64,000 nt of DNA. It comes from an uncultured Gammaproteobacteria bacterium (GTDB lineage: Bacteria; Pseudomonadota; Gammaproteobacteria; Steroidobacterales; Rariloculaceae). Location of the stretch: assembly GCA_963810755.1 (NCBI GenBank), contig CAWEOP010000001.1:89807-153806 (forward strand). The letters run 5' to 3'. Both the position numbers and the translations under genes were made by a program. Positions 7,273-16,637 of the stretch are shown piece after piece. Numbering within the stretch: the first letter of the stretch is position 1; each line of letters begins with the position of its first letter. The notes beneath the pieces are model-generated. The model did not search any database. It had not been told where the DNA came from and saw only the letters and a list, made by a program, of their open reading frames with translations.

Positions 7273-8553
7273 TTATTTCTTCGACTTCTTGGTGCTCGTC
7301 TTCTTCTTGCTCGCGGTCTTCGCGGCCTTGGCGGGCTTCGCGGCTGCCTTCGCAGCAGCTGCCGCGGGCGGGGCGCTCCGCACGTCGAGCAGCGTGAGCT
7401 TCGGATCGGCCGCGATGCATTCCGCGACCGGGATGCCGTGCTCCTTGCGCACGATGTTCGTGCCCTGCACGAGCGATACCATCTTGTAGAGCGCGTGCCG
7501 GCGCGCCATGCCCTCGCGGCCCATGCCGCAGTCGGACGACAGCACGAGCCGCTCGAGCGGGATGTGCTTGAGCGCGAGCCGGATGTGATCGGCGACCATG
7601 GCCGGGCTCTCGACTTGCAGCGAGTGGTGGTCGATCACGCCGATCGCGATCTTCATGTCCGTGATCTCTTTGCCGATCGCCGGGAGATCCATGCCGCCCG
7701 AGCTGCACGACTCGAACGTGATCACGTCCGCATCCACCTTGTTCAGAACTTTGAGCGCGGGCTTGTAGCTCTGCACTTCGGCGAACATGCGTTGCTGCGA
7801 CGGATTGCCCCAGCACGTGTGGCACCAGACTTCCGTTTTGGCGCGCAGCCCGCGCACGGTGTTGTTGAACACCTCGAGCATGAACTCGGGGTTGATCACC
7901 TTGTCGACGACGCCGCGCGCCGCGAGCAAGTGGATCTGCGGCTCTTCCATCTGGATGACCGGGCAGCCCGCGTCGGCGACCGCGTGGAGCTCTTCGTTGA
8001 ACGCGTTGCTGAGCGCCCAAATGCGCTCGCGCACGTCCTTGTAGTAGAAGTCCTGCACCGCGAACGCGACGAGCTCGGGCGTGACCGTGCCGAACTTGAG
8101 CGGCTTGTCGGTCATGCGCTGCGCCGCCTTGTACATCTGCGCGTATTGCATGTTGCCGCGGCCGACGGGGCCGACGATGCTCGGCATCAAGCGCGCTTCG
8201 ATGTAGTCGTGGAGGATGTGTCCGCGCGGGAAGCCGATGCCGCCGCCGCCGATCGGCGCCATCTTCGGAACGCCGTCGAAGCCTGCCATGTGGAACGGCG
8301 GATAGCTCGTCCAGCTCTGGCCGCCGATGTCCTGCGTGAAGCGCGCGTCGCCGTCGGTCACGATGTCGAGGCCGGCCATCGCCTGCTCGTTGAAATACAC
8401 GGCGAGCGCGTCCTCGTACTGCTCGCGGAAGCGCGTTTCGACCATCGCCTGCAGAAACGACTTCAGGCCGAGATTTTCCGTGTACCAGCTCGGCCGCGGC
8501 AGCGATCCGGTGATAGTCGTGGGCAGCAGTTGGGTCGCGGTAGCGCGTAGCAT
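7273..8553 (-). CDS. cobalamin-independent methionine synthase (MetE C-terminal domain)-like methyltransferase with a Lys/Ala-rich tail
   Basis: Start MLRATATQLLPTTITGSLPRP at 8553. Zn-ligand-like motifs HTCWGN and SSDCGMG. C-terminus AAAAAKAAAKPAKAAKTASKKKTSTKKSKK. Confidence 0.8.
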   Translation of the reverse strand: MLRATATQLLPTTITGSLPRPSWYTENLGLKSFLQAMVETRFREQYEDALAVYFNEQAMAGLDIVTDGDARFTQDIGGQSWTSYPPFHMAGFDGVPKMAPIGGGGIGFPRGHILHDYIEARLMPSIVGPVGRGNMQYAQMYKAAQRMTDKPLKFGTVTPELVAFAVQDFYYKDVRERIWALSNAFNEELHAVADAGCPVIQMEEPQIHLLAARGVVDKVINPEFMLEVFNNTVRGLRAKTEVWCHTCWGNPSQQRMFAEVQSYKPALKVLNKVDADVITFESCSSGGMDLPAIGKEITDMKIAIGVIDHHSLQVESPAMVADHIRLALKHIPLERLVLSSDCGMGREGMARRHALYKMVSLVQGTNIVRKEHGIPVAECIAADPKLTLLDVRSAPPAAAAAKAAAKPAKAAKTASKKKTSTKKSKK

Positions 8554-8589
8554 TGTGGGTACCTGTTTTGGGTTTATGCCGGCGTTGTG

Positions 8590-8618
8590 CCGACATTTTC
8601 TCTGAGGGCGGATACAAT
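8590..8618 (+). promoter_or_regulatory. candidate sigma70-type promoter for the EboE-like operon
   Basis: CCGACA (8590-8595), a 17-nt spacer, then TACAAT (8613-8618) in the divergent intergenic region. Pattern match only. Confidence 0.25.
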
Positions 8619-8756
8619 ATTGCAGAAGCCGCTCACCCACAACCCTGGACAACCCGCACTACTTCGCCCGCACGCAAGCGACGGAGCGATGAATGAAGAG
8701 CGGAAAACCAAGCGGCGAACAGAGTGGTTCGCCTGCGCAGACTGGAGGAAACACAT

Positions 8757-9959
8757 ATGGATTTGGGCAATGGCCTAGGTCATCTGACCTATTCGACTCT
8801 CGTGCATCCGGGCGACACCTGGGCCGAGATGTGGGACAGCTTGAACCGCTACGTGCCGCAGGTGAAAGCGCGCGTGTCGCCGCACAAGTCCTTCGGTGTG
8901 TCGCTGCGCTTGTCGGCTTCGTCGGCGAAAACGCTCACGGGCGACCCTGGCGAGCGCGAGCGCCTCAAGGACTTCCTCAAACAGCACGACATGTACCTGT
9001 ACACGGTGAACGCGTTCCCTTACGGGCCGTTCAAGAACCGCGTCGTGAAGAAGGACGTCTACGAGCCCGACTGGAGCACCGATCTGCGCTCGACGTACAC
9101 GATGCAGGTCGCGGACATTCTCGCGGATGTCGCCGCACCGCACGTGCAGCCGTCGATTCAGAGCCCGCCGCTCGGCTTCAAGCCGAAAGTCACCGGCCCC
9201 GAGTACGTCAACGAGTTCACGCGGCACGTCATCGCCACGGTCGCGCACCTCGTGCAGCTCGAGAAGCGCACCGGCCGAACGGTCACGCTGTGCCTCGAGC
9301 CCGAGCCCGCGTGCTTCCTCGAGACCACCGAGGAAGCCGTCGACTACTTCACGAACCACCTCTATGCGAGCGAAGCCGTGCGCATGCTCGTCACGGCCAC
9401 GGGCTTGAACAAGTCGCAGGCCGAAGGCGCGCTGCGCAAGCACCTCGGCATGGTCTACGACATCTGCCACCAAGCGGTCGAGTACGAAGACATCGGCGCC
9501 AGCTTGCGCAAGCTCGCGGACAACGGGATCCCGGTGTTCAAGCTCCAGGAAGCCGCTGCGCTGCGCGTGCCGAACGTGACGAAAGAGACCGTCGATGCGA
9601 TGAGGCCGTTCGCCGACACGGTCTATCTCACGCAGACGATCGAGAAGATCGACGGCAAGCTCAATCGGTACCTGAATCTCGAAGACGCGTTCGCCGCGTT
9701 CGAGAAGAACCCGAAGCTCAAGCGCGAGTGGCGTACGCACGTGCACGTGCCGGTGTTCCTGGACAAAATCGGCGAGCACTTCGAAACCACACGCTTCGCG
9801 ATCGAGGACGCGCTCAAGTTCCACAAGAAGTACAAGCTCTCGCCGCAGCTCGAGATCGAGACGTACACGTGGGACGTGTTGCCGGACTCGATGAAGACGG
9901 GCTCGATCGTCGACTACGTAGTGCGCGAGCTCGATTGGGTGAAAGGCCAGCTCGTCTGA
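8757..9959 (+). CDS. xylose-isomerase-like TIM-barrel protein, EboE-like
   Basis: ATG at 8757 after GGAGGA (8743-8748). N-terminal LTYSTLVHPGDTW, FGVSLRLS and NAFPYGPFKNRVVKKDVYEPDW resemble the EboE (metabolite traffic protein) family as I remember it. Confidence 0.6.
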   Translation: MDLGNGLGHLTYSTLVHPGDTWAEMWDSLNRYVPQVKARVSPHKSFGVSLRLSASSAKTLTGDPGERERLKDFLKQHDMYLYTVNAFPYGPFKNRVVKKDVYEPDWSTDLRSTYTMQVADILADVAAPHVQPSIQSPPLGFKPKVTGPEYVNEFTRHVIATVAHLVQLEKRTGRTVTLCLEPEPACFLETTEEAVDYFTNHLYASEAVRMLVTATGLNKSQAEGALRKHLGMVYDICHQAVEYEDIGASLRKLADNGIPVFKLQEAAALRVPNVTKETVDAMRPFADTVYLTQTIEKIDGKLNRYLNLEDAFAAFEKNPKLKREWRTHVHVPVFLDKIGEHFETTRFAIEDALKFHKKYKLSPQLEIETYTWDVLPDSMKTGSIVDYVVRELDWVKGQLV

Positions 9960-9989
9960 GCAGCAACTAATACCAACAAAGGATCGTCA

Positions 9990-10865
9990 ATGAAGGTAGG
10001 TTTCATCGGTCTCGGCCGAATGGGTCAAGCGATGGCCGCGCGCATCTTGGGCGGCGGTCACGAGCTCGTCGTCTACAACCGCACGCGCGCGAAGTGCGCC
10101 GACCTCGAGAAGGCCGGCGCGAAGGTCGCGGACTCGATGGCCGAGGCCTGCAAAGGCCGCGAGGTCGTGATCAGCATGGTCACGGACGACAAGGCGCTGC
10201 TCGAGGTCGTGAAAGAAGGCGTCGTGCCGGGGCTGCCGAAGGGCGCGATCCACGTCGCGATGGGCACGCACAGCGTCGCGGCGATTCGCGAGATCGGTCC
10301 GCTGCACGACAAGGCCGGGCAAGTGCTCGTCGGTGCGCCGGTGCTCGGCCGTCCCGAGGCAGCCGCCGCGGGCCAAGTCGGCGTGGTCGCGGCGGGGCCG
10401 AAAGACGCGGTCGCGAGGGTCGCGCCGCTGTTCCAGTTGATCGGCCGGCGCACGTTCGACGCGGGCGAGAAGCCCGAAGGCGCGTCGGTCGTGAAGCTCG
10501 CGAACAACATGATGATCGGCTGCGCGATCGAGGCGATGGGCGAGGGCTTCTCGCTCGTGCGCAAGTACGGTGTCGACCCCGCCACGTTCTACGACGTGAT
10601 GACCGACGGTCTGTTCTCGGCGCCCGCCTACAAGGTATACGGCAACATCATCGTGAAGCAGGCGTATGCGACGGCCGGGTTCACGACGACGCTCGGCTTG
10701 AAGGACGCGAATCTCGCGATGGCGGCCGCGCTCGCGGCGAGCGTGCCGCTGCCGAGCCTGAACGTTTATCGCGACCGCTTGCTCGGCGCGATCGCGCACG
10801 GCGAGGCGGAACAGGATTGGGCCGTGATGGCGCGTGATCAGGCGCGCGCGAGCGGGCTCGAATAG
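9990..10865 (+). CDS. NAD(P)-dependent beta-hydroxyacid dehydrogenase (3-hydroxyisobutyrate/6-phosphogluconate dehydrogenase-like)
   Basis: N-terminal MKVGFIGLGRMG Rossmann motif, then VKLANN and GLKDANL motifs. 291 aa. Confidence 0.85.
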   Translation: MKVGFIGLGRMGQAMAARILGGGHELVVYNRTRAKCADLEKAGAKVADSMAEACKGREVVISMVTDDKALLEVVKEGVVPGLPKGAIHVAMGTHSVAAIREIGPLHDKAGQVLVGAPVLGRPEAAAAGQVGVVAAGPKDAVARVAPLFQLIGRRTFDAGEKPEGASVVKLANNMMIGCAIEAMGEGFSLVRKYGVDPATFYDVMTDGLFSAPAYKVYGNIIVKQAYATAGFTTTLGLKDANLAMAAALAASVPLPSLNVYRDRLLGAIAHGEAEQDWAVMARDQARASGLE

Positions 10866-10885
10866 TTTGTTGGAGGGATCGCAGC

Positions 10886-11914
10886 GTGATCAATGCAGGT
10901 ATCGTCGGACTGGGTTGGTGGGGCAGGACGCTCGTCGAGGCGGTCTCGGGCGGGCAGAGCGATGAGATCAAGTTCGTCGCGGGCGCGGCGCGCACGCACA
11001 CGGACGATCTCAAGAAGTTCGCGTCGGATCAGAAGTTCGAGCTCTACGACAGCTACGAGAAGCTGCTGAAGCACCCGGGGCTCGACGCCGTCGTGCTCGC
11101 GACGCCGCACTCGCTGCACTCGGAGCAGGTGATCGCGGCCGCAAAGGCGAAGAAGCACGTGTTCTGCGAGAAACCCTTTGCGCTCACGAAAGAGGAGGCC
11201 AAAAAGGCCGTCGCGGCCGTGAAGCGGGCGAAGGTGACGCTCGGCCTCGGTTACAACCGGCGCTGGCATCCGGAGATGACGAAGCTCCGCAACCAGATCG
11301 ACTCGGGCGAGCTCGGCGTGATTCTGCACGTCGAGGCGACGATGACGTTCCCGAACGCGCTGACGCTCAAGGCCGACGCTTGGCGCGCGAGCAAGGAAGA
11401 GACGCCGTGCGGCGGCCTCACGCCGATGGGCGTGCACGCGGTCGACGGCATGATCGATCTCTGCGGCCCGATCAAAGAGGTCTACTGCCAGAGCTTTCGG
11501 CGCGTCGTGCAGATCGACTCGGACGACACCACGTCGATTCTGTTCCGCATGAAGGAGGGGATGTCGGGCTACCTCGGCACGATGACCGCCACCGGCGGCG
11601 GCTTCAGCTTCCAGGTGTACGGCTCGAAGGGTTACGTGCGGCTCGAAGGCATGACGCACGTCGCTGGCGCGCCGTCCGAGGAGCGCCGCACGCGGCTGTT
11701 CGGAAAGTGCGTCTTCAAGCCGATTGCAGGCCCGGCCGTGACCTGGGACGCGGAGCGGCTCGACGTGACGAAGGTGACGCTCGAGGCGTTCGCGCGCGCG
11801 TGCGCGGGCAAGGAAGAGTTTCTGATCCCGCTCGAAGAGATGGTGCACGGCGCGTCCGTGACCGAGGCGATCATCCGCTCCGCCAAGACGCACAAGCCGG
11901 AGAAGGTCGCCTGA
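10886..11914 (+). CDS. Gfo/Idh/MocA family oxidoreductase
   Basis: GTG start. GIVGLGWWG dinucleotide fold, EKP motif (VFCEKPFAL) and GYNRRW. Confidence 0.85.
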   Translation: MINAGIVGLGWWGRTLVEAVSGGQSDEIKFVAGAARTHTDDLKKFASDQKFELYDSYEKLLKHPGLDAVVLATPHSLHSEQVIAAAKAKKHVFCEKPFALTKEEAKKAVAAVKRAKVTLGLGYNRRWHPEMTKLRNQIDSGELGVILHVEATMTFPNALTLKADAWRASKEETPCGGLTPMGVHAVDGMIDLCGPIKEVYCQSFRRVVQIDSDDTTSILFRMKEGMSGYLGTMTATGGGFSFQVYGSKGYVRLEGMTHVAGAPSEERRTRLFGKCVFKPIAGPAVTWDAERLDVTKVTLEAFARACAGKEEFLIPLEEMVHGASVTEAIIRSAKTHKPEKVA

Positions 11915-11955
11915 TCGGCCTAGTCGAGCCGCACGGTCAGGGGTTCCGGGCGCAG

Positions 11956-12459
11956 CTACGCATTCGTTGCGCTGCGGACATCTAGAGGTAGGTGCCGGAA
12001 CGCCGAGATGGCGTCGAGCTCGAATCCCCAGCGCACCAGCCCGGCCGCGCTGAGCTCCTTCACGTCGGCGTAGTCCAGCCACGCACACGCGAGGATCTCG
12101 TCGGCTTGCAGCGAAACCTCGGTCGGCTCGATCGCGCAGCCGAAGACTCGTTGGTATTGATCGTCGTGCCACCAGTCGCCGACGTCCACGAGGTACGGGA
12201 CACGGAAGCCGAGCTCCTCGACGAGCTCGCGCCGCAATCCGGCTCGCGGTTGCTCGCGCGTTCTCAAGCGCCCGCCGGGCAGGCTCCATTTACCGTGGTT
12301 TTCCGGACGGCGTGCGTTGTTCTGCACGAGCAGGAAGCGCCGGCCATCGGACAGCACGCAGCGCACGCGATGCACACGAACGCCCGCGCGAAGCGAAACC
12401 CTCGCGGGGCGAGGAATTCGACTCCCGACTCCAGCGGCTTCAGAGACGTTGACGGTCAT
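11956..12459 (-). CDS. NUDIX hydrolase
   Basis: Nudix box GGRLRTREQPRAGLRRELVEELG. Confidence 0.8.
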   Translation of the reverse strand: MTVNVSEAAGVGSRIPRPARVSLRAGVRVHRVRCVLSDGRRFLLVQNNARRPENHGKWSLPGGRLRTREQPRAGLRRELVEELGFRVPYLVDVGDWWHDDQYQRVFGCAIEPTEVSLQADEILACAWLDYADVKELSAAGLVRWGFELDAISAFRHLPLDVRSATNA

Positions 12460-12702
12460 TACGTCAAATCACTTCAGAGATATCTCCTAAGTAACCTACG
12501 CCGCTTGTCTTTCAGGAATGTGACAGTGGGTTCTACCGGTTCCGGCTCGGCTTATCGCACCCCGTGCCCGAGCCCCGCGGTTGCAACTGAGCGTAGTCCG
12601 CGCCAGAGTCTGGCCCGGTCGCTCGCCCGGTAAAAAACGCAGCTGCGGAGCAACGTCGCATCCGCCTTTCGCGCGAGCTCGTGCCAATCCGAAGGGGGGT
12701 CT

Positions 12703-13155
12703 ATGCGTCCGATGATTCGATCGATTCTCGTGGTTCTCGGGCTCCTGGCCGCGATGTCCGCGGGCCGCGCGGATGTCGATCCGACAGCCGTCCAGGTGGT
12801 CCCGCCGGACCAAATCAAGTGGGTGAAGAACGCGGCGGGAACGAACGAAACCGCGGTGCTGTTCGGCGACCCGACCAAGCCGGGACCGTACGTCATGCGG
12901 ATCAAATGGCTGCCGGGCAACATGAGTCGGCCGCACACTCACACCACCGATCGTTTCTTCGTCGTCATCTCCGGAACTTGGTGGTGCGGCAGCGGCACGA
13001 AGTTCGATCCCGATAGCACGGTGCCGACGAAGCCCGGCAGCTACGTGATCCACCACGCGGGTCAGCCGCACTACGACGGCGCCAAGGGCGAGGAGACCGT
13101 GATCCAGGTGTTCGGCATCGGGCCGCTCGTGACCGAGGTCGTGGAGCAGAAGTAA
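12703..13155 (+). CDS. secreted cupin-domain protein (paralog of 35056..35505)
   Basis: Signal peptide present. Cupin-like motifs MSRPHTHTTDRFFVVISG and PGSYVIHHAGQPHYDG. Close paralog upstream of sorA. Confidence 0.7.
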   Translation: MRPMIRSILVVLGLLAAMSAGRADVDPTAVQVVPPDQIKWVKNAAGTNETAVLFGDPTKPGPYVMRIKWLPGNMSRPHTHTTDRFFVVISGTWWCGSGTKFDPDSTVPTKPGSYVIHHAGQPHYDGAKGEETVIQVFGIGPLVTEVVEQK

Positions 13156-13198
13156 CGCCGAATCTAGCGATCGGCGCGTCCAGCAAAAGGGGGATCTC

Positions 13199-14002
13199 AT
13201 GGCCATGAGAATCGCGCTCGTCGCCGCGACGCTCGTGCTTTGGACGTCAGCCGCCTCCGCGCAGCCGCGCGCGCCCGCGGGCGCGGCGCCGTCGTTGCCG
13301 CCGTTGTTCCTGAAAGAGGAATGGCGGCAGCGCGCGCGTCCGGCCGATGCGCCTCCCGACTTCGTGCCCGAGGGCGGCGTCACGGCGGCAGCCGTCGCGA
13401 ATCCCGCGCTCGAGCTCAAGCTCTACGATCCGAACGCGCGGAGCATCCCCGCGTATCTCGCGAACCCTCCGCCGCGCACGGTCGCGCGCGACTGGGGCGG
13501 GCCGTCGTGCGTGCAGCTCGCGGGCTACAACCAGAATCCGCCGCCCGAGCGCGTCGCCGCCGGGCAGCGGACCGATCCGCCGAACCTCTGGACGGGCGTC
13601 TGTCAAACGCCGATCGCGGTCACGCTCCGCGATCGAAACAGCTTCGTCGATCTCACGGGCCTCGCGCGCGTCAAATGGGTGACGCGCGTCTCCGGCTTCC
13701 ACGAGGTCCGACCCGTCGTGAAGCTCGCCGACGGCAACTGGTTCGTCGGCGACTACGGCGAGGGCGCGCCGTCGGCCAACTCGACGCTGTTCCTCGAATC
13801 GGAGTTCGCGGTGTCGTCCGTGCGCTGGCTGCCGCTCGACATCTCGCGCATCGTGACGACCGGACAGGCGTGGGTCACGCCCGACCTCGGCAAGGTCGAC
13901 GAGATCGGCTTCGCGGATCTCTTACCCGGCAGCGGCCACGGCTGGGGCGGGTTCGTGAACGTGGGCCGCATCGAGGTCTACGGCAGCCCGGTGGCTCGCT
14001 AA
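13199..14002 (+). CDS. secreted hypothetical protein
   Basis: Signal peptide VAATLVLWTSAASA. Coding-like GC3 bias. No family recognised. Confidence 0.55.
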   Translation: MAMRIALVAATLVLWTSAASAQPRAPAGAAPSLPPLFLKEEWRQRARPADAPPDFVPEGGVTAAAVANPALELKLYDPNARSIPAYLANPPPRTVARDWGGPSCVQLAGYNQNPPPERVAAGQRTDPPNLWTGVCQTPIAVTLRDRNSFVDLTGLARVKWVTRVSGFHEVRPVVKLADGNWFVGDYGEGAPSANSTLFLESEFAVSSVRWLPLDISRIVTTGQAWVTPDLGKVDEIGFADLLPGSGHGWGGFVNVGRIEVYGSPVAR

Positions 14003-14067
14003 CTGCTACGCGGGGCGCGCGCAGCGCTCCGTGTCGCGCGCGGTGCGCTCAGCGTCGCGCGCAGCAC

Positions 14068-15336
14068 TCAGTCGATGATCGCCTGTCGGATCGCGTTCTC
14101 GAACGCGCGCCGCAGATCCGCGCCGCTGCCGCCCTGGATCATGTAGATGCTCACTAGCTCTTCCTTCGGCTCGACCCAGAACGCGACGCCGCTGCCGCCG
14201 GGCCAGCTGAACGCGCCTTGCGATACCGCGAGATCGGCCGCGACCGGATCGAGCACCATCTGCATACCGAGGCCGAAGCCCATGCCGCGCGCGGGCCGGC
14301 CGAACTGGCCGTTCACCATGTCGCCCGTGTGATTCGACACCATGAGGTCGACGGTGCGTGGTCCGAGCAGCCGCTTGCCGCCGAGCTCGCCGCCGTTCAA
14401 TAGCATCTGCGCGAACTGCAGGTAGTCCTCGGGCGACGTCGCGAGGCCGCCCGCGCCCGAGAAATACACCGAGCTCAGCGCTTGGTTCGGCTGTGGTTGC
14501 AGCGTTTCGCCCGGGCGGCGCGTGTAGATCGTCGCGACGCGCTCGGCTTGCCGGCCGGTGAAGTAGAAGCCGCTGTCCGGCATCCCGAGCGGCGTGAAGA
14601 TGTGCTCCTTGAGCCACTGATCGTACGGCTGGCCCGACACGACTTCGACGACGCGGCTCAGCACATCGAAGCCGGCGAGCCCGCTGTAGCGCCACAGCGT
14701 GCCGGGCTGAAAATCGAGCGGCACCGAGCCGAGCTTCGGGATGTAGGTCGCGAGCGTGTCCTCGGGCGTGCGCTGCAGGTTGCCCGCCGCGCGCTGGCCG
14801 AGCCCGCCGCTCATGAGCCCGGAGCCGTGGGTGAGCAAGTCGCGGATCGTGATCGGCCGGCTCACGTCGACCAGGTCGTAGGCGCCTTCGGCGCCGCCGG
14901 GCTTCGGTACTGCGACCTTCGTGAGGCCTTTGAGCTCCGGGATGTACTGCGAGACGGGATCGGTCAAGCGGATCTTGCCTTCCTCCACGAGCATCATGAT
15001 CGCGACCGCGGTGACTGGCTTGCCCATCGACGCGAGCCTAAAGATGTTGTCGGTGCGCATCGGCTTTTTCGACGCGATGTCCGCGTAGCCTTGCGCTTCG
15101 AAGTGCACGACCTTGCCGCGCCGTGCGACGAGCGTGACGACGCCTGCGACTTCGCCTGCGTCGATCGCCTTCTTCACGACGTCGTTCACGCGTGCGAGCC
15201 GCTCGCTCGCCATGCCGACGTCCTCGGGCTTGGCGTGGGGCAGCGTGCCGGCGGCGAGCGGGAGCGCGGCCGTGGCCAGCCACAAGGCGGCGAGCGCGCT
15301 GCAAGTCGTGCGAGAGGACGGGATCGCGACGGTCAT
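14068..15336 (-). CDS. serine hydrolase, beta-lactamase/PBP4*-like family
   Basis: Signal peptide, SxxK motif (LASMGKP), 422 aa. AAGGAA lies upstream of the ATG at 15336. Confidence 0.8.
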   Translation of the reverse strand: MTVAIPSSRTTCSALAALWLATAALPLAAGTLPHAKPEDVGMASERLARVNDVVKKAIDAGEVAGVVTLVARRGKVVHFEAQGYADIASKKPMRTDNIFRLASMGKPVTAVAIMMLVEEGKIRLTDPVSQYIPELKGLTKVAVPKPGGAEGAYDLVDVSRPITIRDLLTHGSGLMSGGLGQRAAGNLQRTPEDTLATYIPKLGSVPLDFQPGTLWRYSGLAGFDVLSRVVEVVSGQPYDQWLKEHIFTPLGMPDSGFYFTGRQAERVATIYTRRPGETLQPQPNQALSSVYFSGAGGLATSPEDYLQFAQMLLNGGELGGKRLLGPRTVDLMVSNHTGDMVNGQFGRPARGMGFGLGMQMVLDPVAADLAVSQGAFSWPGGSGVAFWVEPKEELVSIYMIQGGSGADLRRAFENAIRQAIID

Positions 15337-16180
15337 CGTGGTTCCTTGGGTCGTGGGCGGCGAAAGGGCGAAACGGAATGCCGTTCGTCGTCGGTGTCGT
15401 TAGGCACGAGCCGCGCGGCGCGATGTGCTCGGCCAGCGTATCCGGGATGCTGACCTGCGGAAAATGACGGCACATTAGCAGGCCGATCGGAATGCCCGCG
15501 CTATTCGCCAGCATCACGTTGTCGAAAAATGCCGCTGCCGGAGTCAAGCCGCCGATGGTCCACGTCACCGTGCGCCGCTGCAGCTCCTCGGTGGAGAACT
15601 CCCGCATCCCCTTGCTCGCAATGTAGCGGCGCACCCACGTCACGTAGTTGCGCTTCAAGCGATGATGGTAGTCGTCCCCGAGCGCGTCCCACGCAGCAGC
15701 GTTCTCATTCATCAAATTGCGAAATATATCTGCGCAGACGCGAGCCGCCACCTCGTCGCTGAGTTTCACGAGATCGGCGATTGGCCCGCCCGGCACCTTC
15801 GGAGGCAGCGCGACCTCGTGGACGACAATGTTCCGCACGAGGTGCGGATAGTCGGCGGCGAGGCCCAATGCGACCTGACCCCCGGAGCTGCAGCCATAGA
15901 ACGTCGCGGGTGCGATACCCAGTGCCTCTATCAATGTAGCCACTTCACTCGCAGCGCGGGCCAGCGAATAGGTTCCGAAGTCCGGCGGATCGCTCGAGCG
16001 TGAGAAGCCCGGCATGTCGAACGTCAGAACGGAGAACTCGCGTGCAAGCGAATCCGCAGTCTTCTCGAAAGAGCCGCAATCTCCTTCGCCGGACGGGATG
16101 AGAACGATGGGAGACCCGGTGCCTCGTGACTCGCAGTACCAGTCGATCGCTGCAGCCTGACGATGAAAAGTAGTCTTCAT
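15038..16180 (-). CDS. alpha/beta hydrolase (3' end uncertain)
   Basis: ATG at 16180 (MKTTFHRQ...). Nucleophile elbow GCSSGG. The homology-like part ends near 15400, but the frame stays open to 15038 and so overlaps the next gene by ~300 nt. Confidence 0.6.
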   Translation of the reverse strand: MKTTFHRQAAAIDWYCESRGTGSPIVLIPSGEGDCGSFEKTADSLAREFSVLTFDMPGFSRSSDPPDFGTYSLARAASEVATLIEALGIAPATFYGCSSGGQVALGLAADYPHLVRNIVVHEVALPPKVPGGPIADLVKLSDEVAARVCADIFRNLMNENAAAWDALGDDYHHRLKRNYVTWVRRYIASKGMREFSTEELQRRTVTWTIGGLTPAAAFFDNVMLANSAGIPIGLLMCRHFPQVSIPDTLAEHIAPRGSCLTTPTTNGIPFRPFAAHDPRNHDDRRDPVLSHDLQRARRLVAGHGRAPARRRHAAPRQARGRRHGERAARTRERRREEGDRRRRSRRRRHARRTARQGRALRSARLRGHRVEKADAHRQHL

Positions 16181-16259
16181 ACGCTTCCGGGTGACTCCAG
16201 CCGGTAAACTGCTCGCTGCCAAGCATACCGCGAGCCCGAGCGATACCCGATGGAACAAT

Positions 16260-16607
16260 ATGAAAGACGCAGCCAGCACCGATCCGGCCAAGCAAGCTCG
16301 CGACGCGCTCGCAGCCGCGTATGCCGATCTCACGGTGGCGTCGAAGCGTGGGATAGCCGAGGACGGCAAGATCTTGTTCGGCGCGGCGGCGGCGATCGAC
16401 GTGGCAGTGGAGCTCCTGATGCCGCCCAACGTAGACCGAGAGTCGGCGGCGCAGAGCTGTCACGAGGCGCTGAAGCTCGTCAAGTTGACGCGGGCGTACG
16501 CGCAGCGCGACGCGGGCGGAAGCGTCGCGCAGCTGCTGGACGAGGCAATGAAACGAATTGCGGACGCGCTGAAGCTGCTGAAGTTGCTCAAACTCGAAGC
16601 GTCGTGA
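16260..16607 (+). CDS. hypothetical small helical protein
   Basis: ATG at 16260 and a coding-like codon pattern. No family recognised. Confidence 0.35.
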   Translation: MKDAASTDPAKQARDALAAAYADLTVASKRGIAEDGKILFGAAAAIDVAVELLMPPNVDRESAAQSCHEALKLVKLTRAYAQRDAGGSVAQLLDEAMKRIADALKLLKLLKLEAS

Positions 16608-16637
16608 CGTGCGGCGCCGGGTTCGGTAACGCTCTTC

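Noticed and set aside
7130-8617. Upstream two thirds of the listed 892-aa ORF (5939..8617)
   Set aside because: Only the part from the ATG at 7129 downward looks like a real protein. The rest is Arg/Gly/His-rich and overlaps the MetE-like gene, which is in another frame of the same strand.
8554-8756. Cobalamin or SAM riboswitch upstream of the MetE-like gene
   Set aside because: I could not find a B12-box-like or SAM-riboswitch-like conserved core on the minus strand. I saw only a weak 6-bp hairpin. An Rfam scan would be needed to be certain.
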